DNA of 64,000 nt from positions 201,376,001 to 201,440,000 of the forward strand of contig OZ024741.1 in NCBI GenBank assembly GCA_964016885.1. The letters run 5' to 3'. The notes beneath the pieces were generated by a model. It made no database searches. It had not been told where the DNA came from and was given only the letters and a program-made list of their open reading frames with translations. Both the position numbers and the translations under genes were made by a program. Below are positions 13,825-27,720 of this stretch, one piece after another. This stretch comes from Eledone cirrhosa. Taxonomy: Eukaryota. Each line of letters begins with the position of its first letter. Position 1 is the stretch's first letter.

Positions 13825-13924
13825 ATAAATTAAAAAATAATTGTTTCTACTTTTGGCACAAGGCCAGCAATTATCCCAGTGCATTACTGGCAACCAGAAC
13901 ATGCATACATACATACATACATAC

Positions 13925-14531
13925 ATGGCGGCTGCCAACTCGTTTTCGAGTACGGCCACTACTTTATATCCATGTAGGAGAACCCCTACCGATGCGCTGA
14001 ACGAATGTGACTTTTTAGTCCAGCCAGCGACTTGAAAACTCTGGTACAAAGACTACACTTGTGACCATTATTGACACATAGTGCAGGGCCCATGGTACCA
14101 TGTGATGACAAGTGCAGAGAGATCTCCAGATATAAAGCAATGCCTGTGCTGTGAAGCTTTTATAGTGAGCAAAGGCACTCCACAAAGCCAGTCCCACTCT
14201 CTTAACCAAGATGATATTTACCAAAAAGAAGAACAAGTCAACATCATTGGATACCATCAGGGTTGCAGGTGTTATATCAGAGTTTTCCTTCTCCTAGAAT
14301 TCTGCCTTGACAAAGGCTAAGGGGTCATCTCTCCCAGTGATTTTGGATGGCTATTGACTCTTAAGAGCTCCCTTGCCCTTTGACAGGTTTTGTTTTTAGT
14401 CCTGCAGGATGTCCAAAGTCACCCTCCTCACCAAGTACCTTGGTGGGGTTGCCAGTTTAGTCGCCAACGACCCGACCATGAGACAGGTTGTACTGGGATA
14501 CATGTTACCAGTAGCACCAACTGGTGACCTG
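13925..14531 (-). mobile_element. Non-autonomous bipartite RTE-derived element (~600 bp)
   Basis: 5' part matches the 5' UTR of the LINE at 885-1130; 3' end CGAGTTGGCAGCCGCCAT resembles the LINE 3' end CGAGTTTGCAGCCATCAT; flanked by (CATA)n. Confidence 0.85.
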
Positions 14532-14727
14532 ACATACATACATACATACATACATACATACATACATACATACATACATACATACATACATACATACATA
14601 CATACATACATGATGATGGCTGCCCCCTCGTTATCGAGTATGGCCATTGCACGATATAACATTATTAATAATTATCAATTAAGCAATGCCTGTGCATGAA
14701 GATTTTTTTTTAAAGTGAGGAAAGACT

Positions 14728-15170
14728 GTCACCAAATTAAAGCACAACCGGCCTGATATTTTTGTTTGGGACCACACATTGAAAACGTGTTCTGTTGTGG
14801 AGATCAGCTGCCCACTTGATGTAAACGTTGTCAGAAAAATACAGGAGAAGGAGGACATCTACAGACCATTGATGAGGAGTTTACAAATCCAGTATCCAAG
14901 ATGCACCTTTAGCTTCATACCCATCATTATTGGTGCTACGGGTTATATACCAACCCGCTTGGACCAAAGTATGACTGAACTTGGATTTGCGGACAAAGAG
15001 CGCAGCTCCCTAATTCATAGTCTACAAATGGCTGCGATTGCTGGCACCTTCAAAATTTGTAAAACATTCTTGCGATTCAAGGGATGACAATTTCTTTTCT
15101 TTTACAACCTTGCCATCAGGAAGGTGGCCGGTCAAAAAAATATACTCGAAATTAAGAGAAAGAGATAACA
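14728..15170 (+). mobile_element. 3' fragment of RLE LINE (same family as 5647-6280)
   Basis: ORF 14779-15087 is nearly identical to the C-terminus of the 5728-6420 ORF; (CATA)n tail. Confidence 0.88.
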
Positions 15171-18100
15171 TACATACATAATTGTACTTTAACCAGTGGG
15201 TGAAACCTTCAGCTCTGTTCCACCTGTTTATATACTCTGTTGTGACAAAAGCCAGGCAGTCAGAAACAAATCGAATGATCGAGTCTTCACAGCCTCTTGA
15301 TATTCTGCTTTTATTTATTTCCATATTCTGCTTCATTATACATTACCGTAGTTCTGGTGTAAAAACTTTGTTGGACTTGTGTTGCGATCAAAATCTCTCC
15401 GATCTCAGCTCTCAGTATCTTCTTTTTTTTTTTTAGTTACAGTACATCACCTAATTATTTAAGACATAGGCTGCACTTATATGCCTATGTATCATAAATA
15501 CACAGAGTATCACAATGATATTTGCCTGGACAAAGTGAGAACGTTCTCCGACGTGCAGAACCTCAGGTGCATGCGGCCTCGCGGTCCCAGCGGACAGAAT
15601 GGAGAAAGCGTTATCGCGGAGGTTAGCGAGAGATGCGTTTAAATAGTCATTCCAACTAGCAGCGCTCAATCCTTCCCGGTAGCAGTGAGTAGGAAGGTGG
15701 TTCGAGGACCAAGAACGCACAATTCAACAACAAACCTATTGGAAAGCGTCCGATACTTTAACAGCTTGCGATCTTCAGCTTGATTTCTCTTTTTTCTTCT
15801 TAACTATTTTCACTTTGTTTAGTTTTATTAAATATTGACCAAATAAGAGGTTCATGTTAATACGTGAATATGTTGAGAATGAGATTCTGTTTATTCTAAC
15901 AGTGTGAAATTTACTATCTTTATAACTTTTTTCTTTTAAAGCAACACGTGAAATCATAATTACACATAGGGCTACTTAAGTCATAGCTTCATATCATATT
16001 GTTTTTTTAATTTCATATAAAATCAGTTACTTCTTGAACTCATACACATCTCATCTGGTCCAAACAAAAAGGAAGAACAACCATTACTTTTCATCCTTAT
16101 GGTGTCGATGAAATAAAGTACCAGTAACGTACTGGGGGTCGATTTAATCGACTTTCCCCTCCCCAAAATTGTTGGCCTTGTGCCTAAATCAGAAACCATT
16201 ATTTTAGGGTAGAGTCTCGAGAGGTTTCACCTTTTGTTTGCTCCTCTATAGCCGAGTTGATTGAAAGACATTCAGTGATAGATGTTTCTTACTCAAATTT
16301 CACGTAAACATTCATCGCCTGTCGTTTACACAAAGTTTAAAAAATAGAATAGGTTGTATTAACACTCGTGCATCTTATAATCACACAGCAAATCATTGTT
16401 GTTGGTTTAGTTATAAAATACGAAGGATTTAATCTTCCTCTTAATGATAAGGTAGAGCATGCAACTATTTGTCATGCTTCTAAGTCCTGAAATTATTTTT
16501 TGACGAATCTGTATAATTTATTCTTCAAATGTCGGAAATTCCGCATCCTACACATTTCGAAAGAAAGGTTTGTTCGTGTCCTAAACACGATAGACTTAAA
16601 CAATTTGGTTGGGTTGACACTTGAATCAATTGACAGTTATTCTAGCTGTTGACAACTCCTACAACTGGAATAGCTACTTTCATTCATTCTCGTGCAGGAA
16701 GAAGAGCTTGTATAATAGAATGCTTCTAACAACTATTTTAGCAAACGTAAATTACAGTCGTTGGTTGAGAAAGGTAAGTTTTAGTGTTTTTGCATTTTAT
16801 TTATTTCGTTTATAGTTAAAGCAAACTACTAAAGTTTGCTTACAGAGACAAATAATTTCAACATAACAAAATGGCCGTGTCGCTTGGGAGCCGGATCGTA
16901 TTTGTTCTGGCTTTCTGCGCCTTGCGTTCAAATTTCACCGAAATCAACTTTGCCGTTCATCATTTCGGGGTCGATTAAAAAGTACTAATCAAGTACTGGG
17001 GTAGATTCTTCCTCTATATCTCTTTCTCACTTCCTCTCTATCACTTTCTTTCTCCTTTACTGAAAAAAAATCAATGGGTTCAGACCAGGAGAGTGTATGG
17101 GCTTCGCCAGGTTCTAAAACTTGCCCAAGATACACTTAATGTTACTACAGTGCCTCCATCGGGAATGATGGGTCCATACATACAATAGTAAACAACTAAA
17201 GACTACTTGCAGAGACAGAAGTAAAATCAACACAAAGAGTTGGCAACGAGTCGTTAGAACGTAGGATAGTATGCTTCTTTGGTATTTGTTCTGGCTGTCT
17301 GGACTCTGTGTTCTATACCACCGAGATCAACTTTGCCTTTCATCCTTTCGGAGTCAATATGTACTAGTCCAAGTTAGTGTATTGAGTGAATTGCTAACGC
17401 ATCGGACGAGATGCCTTGTTGCATCTGTTCTGGCTTTTTGGGTCTTAACGGCGATGACGAAATCAGTATGCATAAGCATGAAAAGAAAAAAACATCTTAC
17501 TCAGGCCTTCCCTTTGCAGAGAAAGTTTCCATGTGTATAAACCCATGCTTTCCTGTAACATACGAGGGCTTTAGGTGAAGATATTTTTGAGTTCAGTATA
17601 AATTTCAAACTTTTAAACAAGCTTTCTGTGTTTAATCTCATCCTTGTTTTAAACGAAATACGTTTATGTGGACTGTTATAATGATTCAAGCGAAATATCC
17701 TTCCTTTTGTCTCAATGTCTATCTGTATTTATTCTGTCAGATATTTACCTTATTTTGGAAAGTAGAACAAAAACAACTTAGAAAATCTATTAAAATATCA
17801 GTTAACCAAGATTGCTATAGCTTGACAGTTTTATTAGGAGGAAACATAGAAAGCTTCTAGTGAAATAAGGAATCAACATTAATTTATTGCTATAGTTTTA
17901 CAGGGCAACATAAGGAAACTCATATAAAATTCAATCACTGCTAAATGAAGCTGTTATTTAATTAATGAAACATTTGGAAATATATATTTAAATGCTTATC
18001 AGATATAACACACTATTAATCCATTTTTTTTTTTAATTACAACGGTATATTATAGCAGACAATTTTCTTCTGGTATAAAGTCCTTAATTTGTACCCAAAA

Positions 18101-18409
18101 TTGTTCCTACTTTTAGCATAAGGTTAGCAATTTGAAGGGAAAGGGAAAGTCGATGAAATCGCCCCCACAGCATTACTGGTACTTTATTTTATCGACCCCA
18201 TAAGGATGAAAGGCAAAGCTAACCTCGGCGGGATTTGAACTCAGAACGTGAAAAGCCGTACTATATGCCGCAAAGCATGTTGTCCGATGCACTACCGATC
18301 CACCACCCTTTGTACCCCAAAATTGCTAATATTTTTTTCTTTATTGTCGTCATCATCATCAAATTAAAATTGTATTTCTGTATGCACGCGCTCGTGTGTG
18401 TATGTGCGC

Positions 18410-18440
<31 letters not shown>

Positions 18441-18871
18441 AGCATTATTAAGACACCTAAACTTCATCAGGGTATGCACAATACCTATTTTTCTGGCAGC
18501 TGATGACCAGATGTCTCTTTTAATACAGATATAATTACGAATAGACACTTGAATTTCCTAGCAACTTACCAACGAAGTTTTACTGGTCACAGGCGGCACT
18601 GTGTGTCATTTATAATTATCTAAATATCTAGATATCGGTGTCTGTTGCAGCGCTGGTGAACTGAGGACATTCTTATATCATTATTTCAATTATCCTTAGT
18701 TATGGCTTCTAAACACTGTCAAAATATTTACACCTTGATACTATTATAGTTCGGGTATACGGAGAGTGTTTCTGCCTTCATAATGTGTTTTAAAGGAATA
18801 AACAAATATATGTCGAAAAAGTGTTGTAACATTCTCCAAGAGATTTACTTTGTATTATTATTACGTGAATT

Positions 18872-19050
18872 GGCGGTGAACTGGCAGTATCGGTAGAGGG
18901 TCGGACGCCATGCTTTCTAGTTACGTCCCTTTACAGTCTGAGTTCAAATCCCGCCGAGGTTAACTTTGCCTTTCATCCTTACGGGGTCGATAAAATAAAG
19001 TACCAGTAATGTACTGAGTAATTGCTGGCCTTGTGCCTAAAGTAGAAACA
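18872..19050 (+). mobile_element. tRNA-derived SINE family 1 with 17-bp TSD
   Basis: ATTATTATTACGTGAAT at 18854-18870 and 19051-19067. Confidence 0.9.
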
Positions 19051-19794
19051 ATTATTATTACGTGAATACTAGAGTGATGGATTGGCAATAACTGTAGGGC
19101 GTTGGACAACATGCTTTGCGGTATAGAATTACGGCCCTTTACGTTCTGAGTATAATCTCGCCTAGGTTAGCTTTGTCTTTCATCCTTACGAGGTCGATAA
19201 AATTAGTAGCAGTAATTGACTTTCCTCTCCCCTAAAATTGTTCGTATGTGCGTATGCATTTTCGTTATATAAATGATATAGATACAGGTAATATTCTATA
19301 TTGCAATAATATAGCAAGTCACAAAAGAGGTATGTAACTATATGTCCTAACAATATTGTAACCAATAGATATACACACGACGAAGATGATGAAGACTATC
19401 ATTAAATCGTCCCCAGTGCGTTACTGGTACTTTATTTTATAGACCTCGTTAGGATGAAAAGCAAAGATAACCTCGGCGGTATTTGAACTCAGAACGTAAA
19501 GGGCCGTAACTATATACCGTAAAGCTTGTTGTCCGACGCCCTAATGATACTACCAATCCACCGCCTTTGACCTGGGATTACAAAACAACAACATATTAGA
19601 CTACATTATTCCCTGATATAGAAAAAGACAGGATGATAACAATTAATACCTTCGATCATGGGTGTGTTCGATTAGGTATGACTTGGAAATAAACAACAAC
19701 AATTTCTTACATAGGCACTAGGCCAGAAATTTAGAAGCGGGCAGTCGACTAAATTGATTCAGTATATGACTAATATTTTATTTTATCGACCCTG

Positions 19795-20490
19795 GAAGGA
19801 GATACTCGTCCTCTCAAAAAATCCTACGCAGTGCCCTCTACATGCAAATGGATTTCCACTGAAGCAGGTAGAGAAGTTCAAGTATCTCGAGGCCGCGTTC
19901 ACGGGTGATGGAAGGCAAGAGACTGAATTAAGTGCAAGAATTACAGGAGCTGGTGCAGTAATGCACCATCTTCAGCATTCAGTTATCAGAAGAGGGGAGG
20001 TAAGCGTGAAAGCCAAACTCGCTATCTTCAATTCGGTATTCGTGCCAACTCTAACATATGGTAATGAATCTTGGGTGATGACCGAAAGTATACGATCGCA
20101 AATACAAGCGGCCGAAATTGGATACCTCCGAAGGGTCTTTGGAGTAACATTACTCGATAAAATGCATGGCTCGGAGATGAAAGAGTCACTCCTGGTAGAG
20201 CCACTACTTCTCCGAATTGAGAGATCACAGCTCCGATTCTATGGGCATGTGGTTAGAATGTTTCAGAAAATAATCGCTGGATAGATTTTACGGGCAAAAC
20301 CAACCGGCAGGAGATGCTGGAGTCGACCCAGATGAAAATGGTTGGATGACACCAATGAGCTTGGCTTGGTCTCGCTTTGGGATCCTGCCGGATCAGATGA
20401 AGATGGTTGTTTCTGACATGACCAATTGGAAGGCGTGTTTCAGGACGCTGCCCCCTCGACCTTCCCAGGAATAAGTGGGCGAAGAAGAAG
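19795..20490 (+). mobile_element. 5'-truncated RTE (Rex3/Expander-like) LINE 3' end
   Basis: QVEKFKYL, KAKLAIFNSVFVPTLTYGNESWVMTE, IERSQLRFYGHVVRM; (GAA)n tail ~20481. Confidence 0.85.
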
Positions 20491-20769
20491 AACCCTGAAA
20501 GGATGAAAGGTGAAGCTGAGATATATCCACCAGACAAGAGTGTAAAGTCTGTCTTTCCCTTTTTCCTGTCCCACCCTTTTTACATTTACAATTTTCTCTC
20601 TCTTCTTTTTAATTATGCGAATTATTTTTGTGAATAAAATGTCCTTACAATTTCGCAGTTAAATCTCCTAAGTGTGTAACGTAATAACAAAATATCGTAA
20701 TTTCAAACAAGTTGGGTCTCATTACCTTTAACATAACCAAGCTCACATTTTATCATCAAATGAAGACGA

Positions 20770-21005
20770 ATGACTTAATGGTTAGGGTGTCCAGCTCAAG
20801 ATCATGAGTTATGTCCTATAGCATGACACTTTATTTCATGTTGCTGACAAAAATGAGTTGTACTTGTAATTAAAAAGACCAGCCTTTTCACACAATGTAT
20901 CACGCTGAATCTCCCTGAGAACTATGTTAAGGGTGCACTTACACGATAATTTTACGAGCCGGTTGTTCTGTTGTTCAAACGATTGTCAAACGTGTCGGAA
21001 CCGTC
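20770..21005 (+). mobile_element. tRNA-derived SINE family 2 (degenerate); second copy at 25262-25560
   Basis: The two copies share cagcctt..cacacaatgt.t.acgct.aat..., gttaa.ggtgc, ttc/tacgag..ggttgttc.gttg; degenerate A/B boxes. Confidence 0.65.
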
Positions 21006-21629
21006 AGAGAGTCCACCTTTTTATCATCAGTGGTATGGGTTTTTAGAAAAAGTCTGCAACAATATATTTCAGTATTTATTCCCAAAAGCCATATTACATT
21101 ATAACGAGGATATTTTCTTTCTTTAGAATACGATTTTTCCCATTTTCAGTGGGAATAAATCATTCTTTTAATTCTTAAAATTATCATTCCTTATGAAATA
21201 TGTTTATTACTCTGCGGAATTTTTTAAAGCTTTCGTAAACATTGTTCGATTTTTAATTTTAGCTTCGCAGATTCTTCCATTGAATTTAGTCTTCCATTTA
21301 GTTTTAGTTTTATGTTTACGTCCTTTTATTTTGGGATGTCAAATATCCTACTTGCGTGGATTCTTCCTCCTGCGGTTCATAAAATAAGCATCAAAGAAAA
21401 ATACTGAAGATCGATACAATCGACTGTACATTAGAAGGAAATGTTCCAAGTCCACAATCCAATGAGTGAAACCAGTAATATATATATATATATATAGCAT
21501 AGTAATGAGAGAAAGACACACAATAAAATACGTCTGATAATAGGGGATGAAATACCACCCTGGTAAAGAACATAAACTACGGATGGAACGGTATATACAA
21601 ATTAATTAAAAGAATAAGTCACAGATACA

Positions 21630-21890
21630 TCTTTAGCTTCGTACCCATTATTATTGGAGCTTCATGTTATATACCAACTAGCTTGGACCAAAGTATAACT
21701 GAACATGGATTTGTGGACAAAGAACGCAGCTCCCTAATTCATAGACTATAAATGGCTGCGATAGCTGGCACCTTCAAAATTTGCAAAGCATTCTTGCGAT
21801 TCAAGGGATGACCATTTCTTTTCTTTTACAGCCTTACCAACAGGAAGGTGGGCGGTCAAAAATGTACTAGAAATTAAGAGAAAGAGAAAC
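21630..21890 (+). mobile_element. 3' fragment of RLE LINE (family of 5647-6280)
   Basis: Matches 14905-15170; (CATA)n tail. Confidence 0.85.
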
Positions 21891-21950
21891 ATACATACAT
21901 ACATACATACATACATACATACATACATACATACATACATACATACATAC

Positions 21951-22490
21951 ATGGTGGCTGCCAACTCGTTTTCGAGTACGGCCACTACTTTATATCTATG
22001 TAGGAGAACCCCTACTGATGCGCTGAACGAGTGTGACTTTTTAGTCCAGCCAGCTACTTGAAAACTCTGGTACAAACACTACACTTGTGACAATTATTGA
22101 CACATAGTGCTGGGCTCATGGTACCATGTGACGACAAGTGCAGAGAGATCTCCAGATATAAAGCAATGCCTTAGCAAAAGCTTTTATAGTGAGCAAAGGC
22201 ACTCCACAAAGCCAGTCCCACTCTCTTAACCAAGATGATATTTGCCAAAAAGAAGAACAAGTCACCATCATTGGATACCATCAGGGTTGCAGGTGTTATA
22301 TCAGAGTTTTCCTTCTTCTAGAATTCTGCCTTGACAAAGGCTAAGGGGTCATCTCTCCCGGTGATTTTGGATGGCCATTGACTGTTAAGAGCTCCTTTGC
22401 CCTTTGACATGTTTTGTTTTTAGTCCTGCAGGATATCCAAAGTCACCCTCCTCACCGAGAAACCTTGGTGGGGTTGCCAGTTTAGTCACC
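21951..22490 (-). mobile_element. Non-autonomous bipartite RTE-derived element, 5'-truncated copy
   Basis: Colinear with 13925-14465; flanked by (CATA)n. Confidence 0.85.
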
Positions 22491-22589
22491 ATACATACAT
22501 ACACAGTCAGTCAACGCGATCAGTCGCATATTTTGGAGTCCTCCCTCTCTGTCTTTAACCTTAGGACTCTATTTTCACTGATAAAATAA

Positions 22590-24520
22590 AATATCGCATG
22601 GGTATATTTCAGGGAGACAATCTCTCTGTGATATTATTCATCCTGTCATTAAACCCCTTGTCCTTTCTGCTCAAGAAATGTGAAGGATACACCATTGGTT
22701 CACAGGAGGACAGAAATACGAACCTAACCCATAATTTCTTTGTGGATGATCTGAAATACTATGCCAAGAACATGGATGGGATGAAGAAAAATCTTGACCT
22801 GGTTACAACGTTCTCAAAGGATATAAGAATGGAGTTTGGCCAAAATAAATGCTCATATATGACTGTAAAGCGAGGGGAAACAACAACCCACTCTAGCAAC
22901 ATTGTCATCAATGGCCTAACTGTTTCACCGATATCTGATGAGGACTGCTACAGATACCTGGGGATAGATGAGAACATATCCTATAATGGTATCTGTAATA
23001 AGGAACGCGTAACCAGGGAATACTACACCCGATTAAGAAAGATCTGGTCATCGGAACTCTCTGCGTAAAACAAAACAATGGCTCACAATGTGTTTGCTGT
23101 GCCTGTCCTAACACCAACTTTTGGAATACTCAATTGGACGATAGACGAAACCCGAGCAGTTGATGTTAGAACTTGAAAAATACTAAACAACACCGGAAAC
23201 TTCCACATCAACAGTGACATAGACCGCCTTTACTTGAAACGTAAGCAGGGAGGCAGAGGCCTAACATCAGTCCAGACAGCATTTGAATGTCGCATCATAT
23301 CCCTCCGATAACATCTACGAACCTCGAAGCGTAGAGGCCCGTCTCTCGAGTAAGTCTATCTGCATGAAACAGATAAGATCATGAGAGTTGGGAAGGAACT
23401 CCTCGAGAGATATTTCCTGTGTGATAATCAAAAAGTCACACCCAGGGAAGTCGCTCAGCAGTACCGCAGTGAATCCATGGATGAATAACTGCATGCTTAT
23501 CAGCAAAATATCATGCATGGATATGTTGCCAGGAAGCTCCAGAGTGAGAGTAATATAAATAAGGAAAGTAGTCTATCTTGGACCAATAACCGCTATATTG
23601 GCTCCCACTTTGAAGGATACGCTTTTGCAATCCAAGAACAGGAAATTAGCACGAAATACCTGATTCACAAAAGAGATAGGGATGCAGGCAAAACACCTAG
23701 ATGTGATAACAAGTGCAGACTCTGCAGAATTAACATCGAAGATGTCACCCGTGTCATCAGCAGCTGTGCAAAGATGTCATCGCGGTACTATCTACCTATG
23801 AGGCATGATGTAGTGGCCAAAACACTGTACAATGCAGTTCGTAAAAAAGATAGCCCCGATAATAAAACATTAAAAGCTACAGCAATGTGGAAGACATCCA
23901 TATACATAATATGAAAGAGTACTGGTGGAATGTTCCAGTAAAAACCCCAATAAAATGCAGGCATAACAGACCAGCTATTATGAAAAGGGATAGGGAAAAG
24001 AAAGCATGCACAGTAGTGGAAGTTAGCTGCCCAGCAGATGCCAATATAATATCATAGGTTAGCGAAAAGGAGAATATTTATGCAGAACTGATGAGAAATC
24101 TGCAGATATTCCACCCTGATTAGACCTTCAGATTTATGCCTGTGATTATTGGGGCACTAGGATATGTTAGTAACTGCCTCAATACAAATCTTGAGAAGCT
24201 AGGCTTCACAGGAACAGAAAGAACACAACTAGTTAGGAAATTACAAGTACAATCCATTAATGGAACAGTAAAAATATGTAAAACATTCTAAAAATGTTGC
24301 ATATATAACTGCTATACACATGTACAGATACAAAGATTATATACATGCACATATACAACTCAAAACATCCACATCCACACATGCAATAACATCTATATCT
24401 ACACATGCATGGATGCAGACATGCAGACATATCTACCTAGTTGATGTTGTGTAAATTTAGAAACCGACTCTCTCTCTATTGGCAAAAATTTGTGAAATTA
24501 TAAAACCAGAAGAACATACA
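22590..24520 (+). mobile_element. 5'-truncated RLE-encoding LINE (R4/Dong-like), disrupted
   Basis: GIFQGDNLSVILF, HNFFVDDLK, YRYLGI, CRLC..EDV..ISSC..RHD, HNRP; (CATA)n tail. Confidence 0.9.
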
Positions 24521-25847
24521 TACATACATACATATATGCCTGCATGCATGCATACCTCTACTCAAAGATATTCCAATATTAACAATCTTATTTTTTGTGT
24601 ATCTAGGACTACCTTTTCTAGTGTGTAATTTTTAGAAGACAGCGTGTGATTTGAGAGAGATTTGGTTACAATTTTTCTTGGGGTAACCATCGATGTAGAG
24701 TTCCATCAATAGCTTAATATCTTCCAGTGATTGTTTTTGATGTCTAGCCCCAAGACAGTTCTGATTGATCCAACCTATGTTCACGAGCACTCATTTAGTT
24801 TGTCCTACTTGTTTTAAGAGCACTAGATGTGGGATTTGAGGTAGATTGGTTGTTATTTCTAACAGATCGAGCGACAACGAATAGGTTCCTTCGTTAGCTC
24901 CTTATCTCACGCTACATAGCTATATTTATAAATATATTTTTTTTAATATCAGGCTGCTTCATTAACAGAATCAACAGAACAAAATAACTTACGTCCTTTT
25001 CCTTTCGGAGTTCAAATCCTATGGAGTTAAGAAGTTCACTTTTCAATTTCTCACTGCGAAACATATTGAGCTGTTGTCAGCATTCATGCCAAGTTTCTGG
25101 TGTGGGGACATCTTCCTCACGTTCAGTAGTGTTGGAAGCCTGGAAAAAAGTGCCATGAACACTACCCTTCTAGTTGTTTAACTACTTTCCCATTTTGTCT
25201 CATCCGCTATTCTGTTGTATCTATATATTCTTTATGTGTCATCTTACTACATTCATACGTAAAAGTGGTTAGAGTTGTTTGACCAGCAATCATAAGAGTA
25301 CCGGCTTGATTCTCAACGGTGCATTTTATCCCTAAGGATTTTATTTAACGTTACTCCAGTCCATTCAGCTGGAAAACATTACTTGTACCTATAATTCAAA
25401 GGGTCAGCCTTGACACACAATGTGTTACGCTAAATTTTCATGAAAACTACGTTAACGGTGCGCTTGTTTGTGGAATGTTCAGCCAGTCGCACGTTAATTT
25501 CACGAGTAGGTTGTTCAGTTGATCAAACAACTGGAACACTCGGCCTCAGAACCGACAGAGGTCCACACACACGCGCGCGCGCGCGCATTCACTACATTCA
25601 CACACTTTATGATTGACAGATTTGTCTACTTTACCATACGTCTGATACTTACTATCTTGTCAATTTTTGTTTTGACAAGTTTATTTTAATCACTTGTTCC
25701 TTCGTATCCATAACCAGGATTTCTGTTCCGTCTTTCAATCAAGTTCGCTGTTATTCTGCTAAATGTCCTGTTCGCCTGACAGACTTGAACACCCAACTCT
25801 TTTTTTCCTTTATATTTTGTTTACACACACACACATACCTATATATG

Positions 25848-25917
<70 letters not shown>

Positions 25918-27324
25918 TGTGTGTGTGTGTGTATTCAACCTTGATCTTTATGACTGCACATAGAATCTCATTTTTCTTAACCTACTTCTCTGGTTCTACA
26001 AGTCTACTGTGTCTGTTACATTGAGAGGTCTTCTACATCCAGGGCGCTTTTCGTGCTATATGTCTTTCCCCAGCTCCTCTCCTTGACCAAGCTACAGTCC
26101 TGGGCCTAGCACTGACCAAGGTTTGGCGACTGGCATCTAGAATGCTTCCAGGTTCTTACGGCACTTTACCAGCTGAACATCGAGATAGATGGCCAGCAAA
26201 CAACACTGGCGTTCTTATGATAGTAGATAACTGAATCTATGATCTCACTATATAAGGTTATATTCCTTTATGCATTGAATACAAATCCCTTCAGATTCAA
26301 TTTTGATATTTTATCTCTCTGGAACTGATACAATACCAGTTAAGTACTGGAATCATTGCAATGGATTAAATTCCCTCGCCTATTAGTGATTGGCTTTTCA
26401 AGCATTTCAAGTGGCCGCGTAGAGGTTCCTCGTTGGTTCAAGTGTATTATTTTACTGTTGATTTTCTTTGTTTGCTGTAGATCTTGTTATTTGCTTGTCT
26501 TCTTTTTATCTTTGTTTTGTCAAATTCTGTTGGGTTATTTTTATTATGAGCTGTCTCGTTGTTCCCTTCCTTATTATCAATGTGGGGGATTGGGATAATT
26601 GGAAGAATATTGGATAAAATAGCATTGCAGTATTTATTCTGACTCTTTACTTTCTTAGTTCAAATCCTTCCCAGATCAAATTTGCCTTTCATCCTCCCAG
26701 GTCGACAAAATAAAATACCAGTCAGAGATTTTATCATGTTATGGGGGCATTGATTGCCTTTCCTTTCGACTATGCCCATATGTAGTAGTTAAACGGAGAA
26801 CTAGGGGGCCATAGGTTTGGGGTGACATGCCCTTCCTCCAATATTGCTGGTCTCATATCTGAATTATATAAATGTTATATAAAAATGGTCATTCTATTTT
26901 TTATTTTTATTTAAACGATCGACAAGATCCCAAACCTCATTCGCTCAACGAGTGGGGTAGAACTCATCAAATCGGACCAACGAAACAATGTTTCTATTGG
27001 TCTATCCATTGCTGATATTATTTACCTGTCGCAATACCTTACAGGAGGAACAATGACAAGGACATAGCGCATCGCCCGGTCCGCGAATCGAACTCACAAC
27101 CTCACGAGTGGGAATCCAATTCTTTAACCACGTCATTGTATTGAAACAATCCTCTATGAAAATATGTTCTATCCCTTGTGCTTTTTTTTCAGACTGTGCA
27201 AACACTGTCTTTTTTTTTAACCCTCGTCAGATGTCAACATCAATGGACCTATTATTTTTATCTAAAGACATTTTTTCCAATTCCATCCCGTCCGTCCCCT
27301 TAATCTATTTTATTTCTCATTCTC

Positions 27325-27360
27325 TCTTCTGGTGAAGGACTAGTGTTCGAAACGTTAAGA
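27325..27360 (+). ncRNA. Minimal hammerhead motif with mutated core (CUGGUGA), in a Penelope-type terminal-repeat remnant
   Basis: ucuu-CUGGUGA-aGGAC uagu GUUC-GAAAC-GUU-aaga; 27285-27450 is homologous to 54283-54440. Confidence 0.75.
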
Positions 27361-27448
27361 CTCTCTTCCTGCTATATCAAGCGTTAAACTAATATATACC
27401 TTCCATATACTGTACCGATTGTGTTGTTATTTCTGTTTACCTTTTACG

Positions 27449-27480
<32 letters not shown>

Positions 27481-27720
27481 TTGATATATTTGTTTGTTTA
27501 AATTCAACTTAATTCTTCGTATTTATTTGTATTTTTCAAATCATAATTATTTATGTATATTTTCTATACATGTTCATGTATGTGTGTCAGAATTGTTTTT
27601 TGTTTTTTTTTATTTTGTGTTTGGTTATATTAACGCCCAATTTTTACAAATATCCTCTGATATCTTGTTTATATATGCTAGACTGAACGTTGTTTTATAT
27701 CTATTTCAGGCAGTTTCATA

